Part shown: one piece after another, positions 12,085 to 22,221 of the stretch
Layout: each line of letters begins with the position of its first letter
Position numbering within the stretch: position 1 is the first letter of the stretch
Source: Octopus sinensis
Taxonomy: Eukaryota
Direction: 5' to 3'
DNA length: 64,000 nucleotides
NCBI RefSeq assembly: GCF_006345805.1
Contig: NC_043010.1
Span: forward strand, 372,001 to 436,000
The notes under the pieces: model-generated
Database searches by the model: none
The model's input: only the letters and a program-made list of their open reading frames with translations
What the model was told of the DNA's origin: nothing
Made by a program: the position numbers and the translations under genes

Positions 12085-12475
12085 ATCATTATTTGAGGGA
12101 ATATTAATCCTAACTTACAGGGAAAAATTCAATTAAGAAATACTAAATCAAATTTCACACAATATAATATATGTATATTTAAAAATTAGAAAAAAACCAC
12201 CTTTTATCAATTCAAAATGAACAATTAAATTACACCATCTAGAAAATTACATAAATAGAAATATTAAAATTAAAATAACAATAATATACTGATGATTAAG
12301 TAAATTGCAAAAAAATAATAAAAACGTATTATACCAATTATATACGTTTTTATTATTTTTTTGCAATTTACTTAATCTTCAGTATATTATTGTTATTTTA
12401 ATGTTAATATTTCTATTATGTAGTTTTCTAGATGGTGTAATTTAATTGTTCATTTTGAATTGATAAAAGGTGGTT

Positions 12476-12484
<9 letters not shown>
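12085..12484. mobile_element. TA-flanked asymmetric inverted-repeat element (Penelope-like derived, no ribozyme seen)
   Basis: Arms 12185-12329 / 12342-12484; unpaired extension with aacttacagggaaaaat shared with 58363-58587. Confidence 0.7.
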
Positions 12485-12516
<32 letters not shown>

Positions 12517-12548
12517 TATATATACCGTATATATATATATATATATAT

Positions 12549-13027
12549 ATCAACAATCAAGGAACGGCCATAATAGGCCATTCACCCACTAGAAATAACA
12601 GCCAAAGCTTCAACCGCAAATAAAAATCAATTCCGTAAACCAGGAGAAAATTTAAAAAACATTTACCCTGTAATTTCTTATACGATGCACCGTTTCATCT
12701 GCTGTTTAATGGTAAACTAACCTGATTAAATTAAATCAAGAATTGATTTAATTTAATCAGGTTAGTTTACCATTAAACAGCAGATGAAATGGTGCATCGT
12801 ATAAGAAACTACAGGGTAAATGTTTTTTAAATTTTCTCCTGGTTTACGGAATTGATTTTTATTTGCGGTTGAAGCTTTGGCTGTTATTTCTAGTGGTGAA
12901 TGGCCTATTATGGCCGTTCCTTGATTGTTGATGTTGAACTTAAAAATGGTCTATGACTATTTAATTTTTCCCACTAGGCCGCTGGTGGCAAAAAAATTCT
13001 ACAAAATTTTTTGCCACCCTATATTGA

Positions 13028-13030
<3 letters not shown>
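12549..13030. mobile_element. TA-flanked asymmetric inverted-repeat element with the 3' half of a hammerhead in each arm
   Basis: Arms 12549-12739 / 12743-12932 nearly identical; gaaa[c/t]ggtgcatcgta in both; right extension to 13030 with hairpin ggtggcaaaaaaatt/aattttttgccacc. Confidence 0.75.
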
Positions 13031-13092
<62 letters not shown>

Positions 13093-13314
13093 CATATATA
13101 TATATATATATATATACCGTATATATATATATATATATATACAAAATAATAGTTATCGCCATACTAATATGGCATTCTTATAAAAATAAGAAAAAAGCTG
13201 TCCGCTTATTAGCTCCATGAGGCCATCGCCTTAAGTTAGCTATTTGATACACAAACTGTATCCATATAACCTTCGAACAAGGGAGGTCAGTCGCTCCACA
13301 CTACTTGACCGGCA

Positions 13315-13356
13315 GCTACGGACGCGTTTCGGAGTATTGCCCCTTTTCAATGCAGC
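13315..13356 (-). ncRNA. Minimal type I hammerhead, U3-A8 core variant (copy 1, first stem I pair mismatched)
   Basis: Minus strand gctgca-TTGAAAA-gggg caata ctcc-GAAA-cgcg-TC-cgtagc. Confidence 0.65.
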
Positions 13357-13675
13357 GTAGCCAGCCAGTAGGTGTCGCTTCCGACAATCTCTGTTCGATG
13401 GTTTTATTTACCTAGTTTCGGTGGAATACATCCACTTGTTTTCAATAATAGAAATATTAAAATAACTAAGTCTCTCTAAAAGAGAACAGCGGCAGCGTTC
13501 CCGGAAAATAATAGTTATCGCCATACTAATATGGCATTCTTATAAAAATAAGAAAAAAGCTGTCCGCTTATTAGCTCCATGAGGCCATCGCCTTAAGTTA
13601 GCTATTTGATACACAAACTGTATCCATATAACCTTCGAACAAGGGAGGTCAGTCGCTCCACACTACTTGACTGCA

Positions 13676-13717
13676 GCTACAGACGCGTTTCGGAGTATTG
13701 CCCCTTTTCAATGCAGC
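13676..13717 (-). ncRNA. Minimal type I hammerhead, U3-A8 core variant (copy 2, intact)
   Basis: Minus strand gctgca-TTGAAAA-gggg caata ctcc-GAAA-cgcg-TC-tgtagc; 6-bp stem I, palindromic stem III acgcgt, GUC triplet. Confidence 0.75.
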
Positions 13718-14162
13718 GTAGCCAGCCAGTAGGTGTCGCTTCCGACAATCTCTGTTCGATGGTTTTATTTACCTAGTTTCGGTGGAATACATCCACTTGT
13801 TTTCAATAATAGAAATATTAAAATAACTAAGTCTCTCTAAAAGAGAACAGCGGCAGCGTTCCCGGAAAATAATAGTTATCGCCATACTAATATGGCATTC
13901 TTATAAAAATAAGAAAAAAGCTGTCCGCTTATTAGCTGCCGGTCAAGTAGTGTGGAGCGACTGACCTCCCTTGTTCGAAGGTTATATGGATACAGTTTGT
14001 GTATCAAATAGCTAACTTAAGGCGATGGCCTCATGGAGCTAATAAGCGGACAGCTTTTTTCTTATTTTTATAAGAATGCCATATTAGTATGGCGATAACT
14101 ATTATTTTCCGGGAACGCTGCCGCTGTTCTCTTTTAGAGAGACTTAGTTATTTTAATATTTC

Positions 14163-14196
<34 letters not shown>

Positions 14197-14198
14197 CC

Positions 14199-14235
<37 letters not shown>

Positions 14236-14254
14236 ATATATATATATATATACC

Positions 14255-14292
<38 letters not shown>

Positions 14293-14302
14293 TGTATATA
14301 TA

Positions 14303-14337
<35 letters not shown>

Positions 14338-14340
14338 CCG

Positions 14341-14734
14341 TTCAGCAAAATTTAGATTCAAATGAATATGGTGCTTTAGTTAGATGCACCAGAATTTTGT
14401 ATGGTGTTATCCATATAAATCCATGGGATGATTATAATCAAATAAGCAACAAGAATAACTTCGGTAATTTGGTACGATTGTTTCACGCTACATCATTTTA
14501 TTAAATGTTGTAAGTATTACAACAGTTTTAAAATGTTGAGCAATCATCAGCCATTAATAGAGGTTTTCCATTACAATTGATATGAAAATTATGTATTAAT
14601 GGAAAATCTCTATTAATGGCTGATGATTGCTCAACATTTTAAAACTGTTGTAATACTTACAACATTTAATAAAATGATGTAGCGTGAAACGATCATACCA
14701 AATTACCGAAGTTATTCTTGTTGCTTATTTTGAT

Positions 14735-14738
<4 letters not shown>
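14341..14738. mobile_element. TA-flanked asymmetric inverted-repeat element with a hammerhead in each arm
   Basis: Arms about 14433-14573 / 14597-14738; left unpaired extension 14341-14432. Confidence 0.8.
14617..14700 (+). ncRNA. Type I hammerhead with long loop II (mirror copy on - at 14470-14553)
   Basis: tgg-CTGATGA-ttgct...agcgt-GAAA-cgatc[a/g]-TA-cca; the consensus of both arms restores cgatcg, each arm has one CpG-type transition. Confidence 0.7.
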
Positions 14739-14765
<27 letters not shown>

Positions 14766-14769
14766 GCTT

Positions 14770-14990
14770 ATGTGTCTTTGTGTCTGTATATGTCACCCTC
14801 CACCATTGTTTGACAAGCGATATTGGTGTGTTTACATCCCCGTAATTTAGTGGTTCAGCAAAAGAGGCCAGTAGAATAAGTACTAGGCTTACAATGAATA
14901 AGTCCTGGAGTCAATTTCTTCAACTAAAATCCCTTTAAGGCAGTGTTCCAGCATGGCTGCAGTCAAATGACTGAAACAAGGAAAGAATAT
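14770..14990 (+). mobile_element. 3' half of the microsatellite-containing SINE
   Basis: Same body and cagcatggctgcagtcaaatgactgaaacaag tail as 5140, 50410 and 58640. Confidence 0.75.
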
Positions 14991-15063
14991 GGTTTTTTTT
15001 TTTTTTTTTTCAGCTTAGAGCTGTGGCCATGCTGATGCACCGCTGTTTTGTGCTACACTGTTA

Positions 15064-17775
15064 TTACGTAGAACCTCCTCTAATATGTGGCACTTGGTGA
15101 AGAATGGAGTTTGATATAGCTACTCTCATTTGCACCTCTTGCCGTGAGGTAGGTTCATCTGGGACTCTCGACAAGAAGATGTCCAGCTTTTATTTAAAAA
15201 CCGCTACATCTACTTTGTGCAAGTTCCTCAGACTCTTTGGGAGAATATTAAAAAGCTGTGGGCCCTTGAAACCCAGGCTGTTGCAGAAGCTGGTCCTGAA
15301 GCGTGATGGCATTGCTGGGATCTTTGGCACTATGCAGTGTCGTCCCGTTCAAGCATTGGTGTAGCTTACAATGCCAAAATTTGGCACAATTCCTTCCAGG
15401 ATCTTCCAGACATATATTACTGCATACCTTTCCCGTCTTCTCTCCAGGGAGTAGAGTCTTAGCTGTTTCAACCTTTCCCAGTAGCTGAGCTGTTGCAAAG
15501 AGACGATCTTCTTTGTGAATCTTCTCTGGATTGCTTCAAGGTCCGCTGTTAATTTTACACTGGTGGGTGACCATAGCTGTGAGCAGTAATCCAGGCGACT
15601 GAGGACGAATGTCCGCCAGAGGACCATCATGGTTTCCTTATCTCTGGTTCTGAATGTTCTTAGGATCCACCCAGCCAGTCGTCTGCACTTTGTCGCCATC
15701 CTGGTAATGTGCACTTGGAAAGAGGTATCATCACTAATGTTGATACCCAGGTCCCTCACAGACTTAGGCTCTGGGATTGAAATTCCCTGTGGACCGGTGT
15801 ATCCTGTAAGTTTAATATTCAGCCTTGGATGCTGGTAGCGCAGGGCCTGGAATGTTTCAGCATTAAACTGCATATTATTATCCTCAGCCCATCTGTAGAT
15901 TGAGTCCAACTCCTGCTGCAGGTGTGCAACATCGCTGGGGTTCTGTATTTTCTGCGAGACTTTCGTATTGTCTGCTTAGCTTGCCAGAGTGGCTATCCGG
16001 GCATTTGAGGGCATATCTGAGAGGGCCACTATAAAAAGCAGTGGTCCCAAGACAGTGCCTTGTGGAACACTGCTCACTATTTGTGTGTTCATAGAGGTGG
16101 CTCCATTAACCACTACTGCCTGGCTCCTATCTTTCAGGAAGTCATGCAACCACACTCCAAGTTTTCCAGCTATGCCGAGGTCACGTAGTTTGTGGCATAT
16201 CATACCATGATCCACCTTGTCAAAAGCTTTTGCAAAATCAAGGTAGATTACATCCACATTTGATTTGTTGAGTAACTGCCTCAACATCCAGTCATAATGT
16301 TGTAAGAGCTGGGTCAGGCAGCTCCTACCTGGTCGAAAACCATGCTGGGTATCACTCAGCAAGTTATTTTCCTCAAGGAATGCGATTAGTTTCTTTCTGA
16401 CTATCCGTTCCATGACTTTGCTGATGTGTGAAGTCAGAGAGATAGGCCTATAGTTTTTGGCATCTGCTCTACTTCCCCCTTTATGTATTGGGCATATTAT
16501 TCCCTCCTTCAGGTTGCTTGGCAGTTTGCCATTCTCAAGAAAGCTCTGGAAGAGAATCTTGAGGAGTTTTGCCAGGGCATGCTCACACGCTTTGAGGAGG
16601 ATGGCTGGGAAACCATCTGGACCAGCAGCTGAGTTTGTGTCCACTTCATCTATGGTTAGTAGGACATCTTTTTCGCTAATGTCAATACATTCTATTGTAA
16701 CCGCCTCGCTGGTTATAGGTGAGGCGGCAAAGAAGTCCACTGGTTCGTTCACTTGTTTGTGTTCCAACGGGGTGGTAAAGACACTTTTGAATTGGTCATT
16801 CAGCATCTCACTGATCTTAGTTGGACTGTCTGTGAGGGAGCCATCCTTTTGGAGGAGGGGTCCTATCTTGTAGTGCACTGAGACTGTTTCTTTTGCGTAA
16901 TGAAAGAAGGCCTTTGGGTTTGTTTAATATTTTTTATAACCCAGGCTTCTTTGTCTGCTTTCTCCTTCACATAGGATTGTTGCAGCCTTTTTTCGATCTC
17001 CATCAGCGTTGTTTTTAGGCGGGACGTTTCGCTACTTTTAGGATGTTGGTTGAGGTGATTTGCAACCTTCGTCCTCTCATGAGGATCTTCCTGTCTCTTG
17101 GAATCTTGCTCCTATTTGTTTTGGCCTTGTGCTCTGGGACATATTTCTGGCATACAGCTTGCACAGAAGGCATGAAACATTCTAGTTTCATGTCAATGTC
17201 TGGTGTGGTGAGACATTCCGGCCAGTCCTCTCTGAGGATCTCTTTTTGGATCGATTTCGAATTTGCTTTGTGGAAGTTCAGATTGGAGAGATTTCGGGTG
17301 CTTCCTTTAGGCTGTATGTCTCTGGTTACTTTTGGCCCAAACATAGACAGCTCTATTATGTTGTGATCCGAAACTGATCTTCAAACTTGCCTATGTGATT
17401 TGGGGCATCCGGTGGGCAATATGTATTGCATATGACTATATTATGTTGTCTTATGTATACAATTAAAGTGTCACATACCGAATTTGAGTATGTCATCTAG
17501 ACCTGGGGTGTGAGGTCATCTCGGATGTATACAGCAACTCCACCATGGCTCCTTTCCCGTCTGTCTGTTCGCAGTATGGCATAGTTTGGTATGTGTACTT
17601 CTGCGTCCTCTATATCAGGGCTGAGGTGAGTTTCCACAAGTGCTATGCATAGGGCTTGATTGCATGCAGTAAGATCTCTCAGGAAAGAAATTTTGTTTCT
17701 ATTTTGATGCAACAGGCCCCCAATATTTAGTAAAAGTATTGGGGTGGCGGCTGTGCAGGCGTTAGGGGAGGCCAT
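15064..17775 (-). pseudogene. LINE ORF2 (APE endonuclease plus reverse transcriptase), disrupted
   Basis: LLLNIGGL, ALVETHL, RTDR..SHGGVAVY, YCPP, SDHNII (intervening endonuclease segment deleted); YRPISLTS, QHGFRPGRSCLTQLL, YLDFAKAFDKVDH, VPQGTVLGPLLF; catalytic YADD mutated to *ADN at about 15967-15978; frameshifts. Confidence 0.92.
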
Positions 17776-18674
17776 CCCGTGTCTGTTGACTGTGGTGGTC
17801 TTGCATAGTGGTGGGCAGGGTTCCTTCTCTGTGCTTGGTGTAGCCAGGTTAGCTGCCGGACAATTCTTTGCGCCATGCACAAAAAAGACTCTTGCTCAGC
17901 TGCTGAGTTGCGCAGAACATCTGAGGAGTGCACTTCGTTTTTGAAAGTTTTCCTGGGAGACATTTCTTGTGTTCCCTCAGTAAAGCTCTTCTCTTTGAGT
18001 CCCCTGAAGTTCTGGCGGGGTGTCGGGTGGGCGAACTGGCAGTTTTTGCCGTCCTCACCATGCCAACATTTGCCCCGCAGGTAGAACTTACAGGTTCTTC
18101 GGTGCCTTCCAGATTTCTTCTTTCCTGAAGTGTACTGGGGGGCATTGGATCCTCCAGGGGGTTCCCTGCTGTTTGTGTCGGGGGTTGGGGTTTCAGCTTT
18201 GGTTGTTTTGCCTTTTCCCTCCCTATTTTTGTTTTCGGTCCTTCCTTTTTTCTTCTGTTTTTCTAATTTCTCATTTCTTTGTAGGACTACTGGTACAGGG
18301 GGGCTTCCGGTTTCTGCTCCCTTGGCTCCCCTATCCTTCACTACCTGGTCGTTCACCTGGGTAGGTGATCCATTTTCCTGAGGAACCCCTGGATCACAGA
18401 GACTTCCAGCTTCCTTCTCTTTTTTGTCTTCTTCATCCTCATCAGCCTTGCCACAATAATTTTCAATTATGTTATCCAGTGTTTTGATGTGTGGTCTTAT
18501 AAGCATGTAAGACCGGATAAATTCACCTTTTTCCTGTTCTATCTAGTCAATGGTTCTATGAAATCCATTGTTCTTTAGCTCGACAGTGATGATGTTGTTT
18601 GGCGGATCGCCACTAGCAATCGTCCATGCTCTGAGCAGAAGATTTAACTCTTTCTTTTCCCACTTTGGTGCCAT
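17727..18674 (-). pseudogene. LINE ORF1 (about 315 aa; Myb/SANT-like N-terminus, CCCH zinc finger), one premature stop
   Basis: MAPKWEKKELNLLLRAW...GFHRTID*IEQEK continues in frame into the 259-aa ORF with CKFYLRGKCWHGEDGKNCQFAH; overlaps the ORF2 start. Confidence 0.75.
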
Positions 18675-19399
18675 CTTCGTTTTGAGGTCCAGAGGGGGAG
18701 TAGAGGCTACAGAGGTAATGAGGAATAGAGAGAGATAGAGACGGAGAAACACAGAGGGGGGAAATAGGGAAAGAGAGGAGGAGATAGGAAGGAAAGAGAG
18801 AGGTGCTATGAAAGAAATCGAGAGGGTGATAGGAGGAAAGCAAGGGGGTGTGGTGTTAAAGAGATAGAGGAAGGTAGGGGAGGGGAGAGGAGGGGAATAG
18901 AAGGAGAGACAGAGTGAAGGAAAAGAGGGGAAGAGAAAGAGAAACAGAGGGAGGGAGAGGATAGCAAGAGAAAGAGAGACAGGATGAAGGATGTGAGAGA
19001 GAGGGAGAGACGGAGTGAGAAGAATGGGCGAATGAGAAGTATATGAGAGAGAGGGTGAGGTGACGAGAGGAGAGGTAGATGTGAGATGGAAAGGAAAGAG
19101 AAATGAGAGAAGAGGAGGATATGAAAGGGAGGAGGAGAGATGAGAAAAAGAGTAAGATATGCAAGAGAGAGGGAAAGGGTAAGCATAAAGAGAGATAAAG
19201 GAAGGGAGAAAGGAGCTGGAAGTGGGGGAATATATGTAAGGGAGGAGAGAGGAGGTAGAAGAGGGTGAGGAAATGAAGGAATTATTTAATTCTAAACTAA
19301 TTACAGGAAAATAAACATATGAAAAGAATTTTTTAATATTAGTTTTATAGAAATGAAATTAAAGGTAGATTGAAAGCGAAACAGAATTCGAAAGAAAGT

Positions 19400-19900
19400 T
19401 ATTCTCAGAATGTAAACAAAGATGGCATCGTAAATCGTAACTGAGATGTTAGCTTATATTAAAGGAAAATAAAAGATTAATAATCAAACAACTGGAAGCG
19501 ATACTTATCGTAAAAGGTACAGTTCAAACCCTCGTGCTTGTACGAAGAAGTTTTCTTTCACAACAGAAAAGAAAACAATTCTTTTTCCTTCTTACATTTA
19601 GCTGGAGATAAATTAAAGACTTGCCACCACGTGCTTTTATGGCGAAGAATCTAGCATGCGTAACTAACTTTACCGTATTATATTTGGCTTCAAGCGAAAT
19701 ATATTACGTTTTTAATTAATGTATTTTTAATTAATGTATTTTAGTAGATTTTATGAGTTAACAAGTTCTACGTTTTGTTAGTTTTAGTAGATTATTTCAT
19801 TGATTTATGCAAACCTTTTTGTTTTTTTCACAGAGCAAAAGCAAACACGTCTTTCCTCTACAAAAACCGGAAGTATATATCGATTTTTGTTCCTCGGTTT
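19400..19900 (+). promoter_or_regulatory. Putative promoter / 5' region of the zinc-finger gene
   Basis: TE-free, CpG-retaining stretch with YY1-like aagatggc (19419), E-box cacgtg (19628), ETS ccggaagt (19867) and DRE-like tatcgat (19878). Confidence 0.45.
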
Positions 19901-20278
19901 TTGGAAAAACTGTGAAGAATTAGTGCCAAAATCAGATTAGGAACCACAGCTCTAGACTCATTTCATATATAAATGTCCCTTAGAATTATTGAAGTGTTAT
20001 GTTTCTGAAATTCTATTTGTACAATGGAATTCTGTAATGCAAAGACTCATTTTCTCATTGATTTCTGTCTGTTTTGAGTCATAGAATCCCATGTTCTGAT
20101 AAGATTTTCAGGAATACAGCACTTCCATAACATGGCAGATGCCTATATTGAATGAAACTCTTACTTACAGGAAATTTGGCAGGAACGGTTTAGTTCACTA
20201 CTGTTTTTTACTTTATCCTTATATTATCTGTGGAGCTGTATTTTAAAAATAAACCATTTTTCCCTTCTATCTTTTCAG

Positions 20279-20441
20279 ATTTTCAAAGAATTATTCTGTG
20301 ACATAGAGTATCATGACAGTTCTTATGAACTAAGGGAATAGCATCTGTCCTTCAACATGGAAATACTGATAACACCAACCTAAATATTTCATAGAAATAT
20401 TTCTTTTTTTTTGTTACATTCAAACACACACGTTACATGCA

Positions 20442-20472
<31 letters not shown>

Positions 20473-20555
20473 CTTCTGCTTTTCTCTATCTTTTGTATTC
20501 TTCTTCAATAACCATTCAGGCTGCCGTTTCACTGATAAAAGATATAGATTTTTAA
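20279..20555 (+). other. Possible non-coding 5' exon of the zinc-finger gene
   Basis: Polypyrimidine acceptor ttcccttctatcttttcag| and donor aa|gtaagt; downstream acceptor tgtttaactgcag| at 22116. Confidence 0.35.
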
Positions 20556-20697
20556 GTAAGTGAAATTAAATACACATTGCTGACTTGTCTTTATGTAAGT
20601 GTCTTAATATTTCATCAAATGTGTCTGAAAAATCAATAACTGCCCTTTATATATATCTCTTCTGTACACTCCCGCCTCTCTTTATTTACCCAATCTT

Positions 20698-20900
20698 TCT
20701 ATCTATCTATTTTTCTATGTACCTAATCTCACTCCTCTATCTATCTGTCTAGCTAACTAGCTAGTTAATCTACATTATCTATCTATCTATCTAATCTACA
20801 TTATCTATCTATCTATCTATCTATCTAATCTACATTATCTATCTATCTATCTATCTATATATCTATCTAATCTACATTATCTATCTACCTATTTATCTAT
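20698..20900. repeat. (TATC)n compound microsatellite
   Basis: Direct reading. Confidence 0.85.
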
Positions 20901-22139
20901 CCCTTTTCTCTTATATATTTATATATAGAAGATTATATCTCTGTATCAGTGCAGTTGGATATGTTGTGAATAGATTTATGCAAAAATAAAAGAATAAAAA
21001 AAATTCTCAAAACCAAGGAAAGCAAAAGGAAGGTTCTTTTATTCCATTAAAAAACAAAATCAAACAAAAAAAAACCTTTCCCTTAACAAATAACATTTAA
21101 ATCACAGTAGGGAATGGCTGCTGTCAAATTCACAAGCAATAATTTCTTGAGAGGAGATGCTTAAGATTAGGAGACATCCCAAAATGTAAAAAAAAGTAAA
21201 TGTAAATAAAAAAAAGAATAAGGAGAGGTAGAGCAAGAACTCTCTCCCTACTCTTTGAAAAAAAAAAAAGAAATATATACAAGGAGCAGAACATAAATGA
21301 AAATCAGAATAAAAGAGAAATATATAAAAACGGAAAGAACAAGAACAAAAACGCCAGAATCCTCTGCAGTTGGAAGGGAGACAATTCTGGCTTAACTTAA
21401 ACGTTTGAAAATTTTAAGTTTTTGTTGGCTTTTTGTTTTTTTTAAACGAAGAAATATCAAAAACGAAAAAATGTCTTCTATCATATTATATTGAATCAAA
21501 GGAAATTCATACATTTCTAATTCTCTTTTAGTTTCCTAAAAAAAGATACGAAAAGAAAAAAGTCTGCCTCTCTCTCACTCTCTCTTCTTCCAAATAATGA
21601 CTGAACAGTTGCTAAGTATATCCTTTAATGTATCTTAGCAAGTGTTTAGCCCATTGCTATGTACAAAGAAGGAAAAAAGTAAAATACAAAACAAACAGGG
21701 ACAAAAACCAAACCAAACCAAAGAAACCAACCCTGATAAATGATTCACGTTGTCTTTCCTACAACGTGTAATACCAACATGGATCAGACAAAAACCTTGC
21801 AATAGTGGCCTTTGTTTTTTTTTGTTTTTTTTCTTTTGGAGTAAGAAGAAAAAGTTTGAAATATTTTTTTAGAAACAAACTTCAATATATTCAGCTGTAA
21901 ACAAATTTATTTCTAAGAAGAAAAAAAAAGAAAGAAAAGTAAAATAAAAAAATAAAATAAAAAGGAATTTGAAGAGGAAAAAAATAATTTCTTATATATT
22001 TCTAATATAAAACTGAAATATATTGTTTCTGAATGAAATATTTGAAATATTTCTATTTTTGTTGAAAAGTACTTGAAATAAATTAGAAGAAAGAATATCA
22101 TCTTGTTTAACTGCAGAGTAAAAACAGTTTGATAACATA

Positions 22140-22144
22140 TACTG

Positions 22145-22193
<49 letters not shown>

Positions 22194-22218
22194 AACTACT
22201 ACTACTACTACTACTACA
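22140..22218. repeat. (ACT)n microsatellite immediately 5' of the start codon
   Basis: Direct reading; ends 3 nt before ATG 22222. Confidence 0.95.
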
Positions 22219-22221
22219 AAT

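Larger units (their letters stand above)
13143..14165. mobile_element. Retrozyme / Penelope-pLTR-like element: 2.2 tandem 361-362-bp units plus an inverted partial unit
   Basis: Unit starts at 13143, 13505 and 13866; inverted copy 13933-14165; one hammerhead per full unit; flanked by a duplicated TA-tract segment. Confidence 0.85.
14993..19280 (-). mobile_element. Near-full-length CR1-clade LINE, inactive
   Basis: Poly(A) tail (T-run 14993-15010), ORF2 with APE and RT, ORF1, long pyrimidine-rich upstream tract. 5' boundary uncertain. Confidence 0.85.

Noticed and set aside
12525-14340. TA-CCG-TA motifs as multiple independent Tc1/pogo excision footprints
   Set aside because: Surrounding interruptions are co-duplicated, so target-site duplication of one original motif is simpler. 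A footprint origin for the first copy cannot be excluded.
22129-22221. Track start of the 684-aa ORF
   Set aside because: It starts at TTG and runs through an (ACT)n microsatellite; the first ATG is at 22222.
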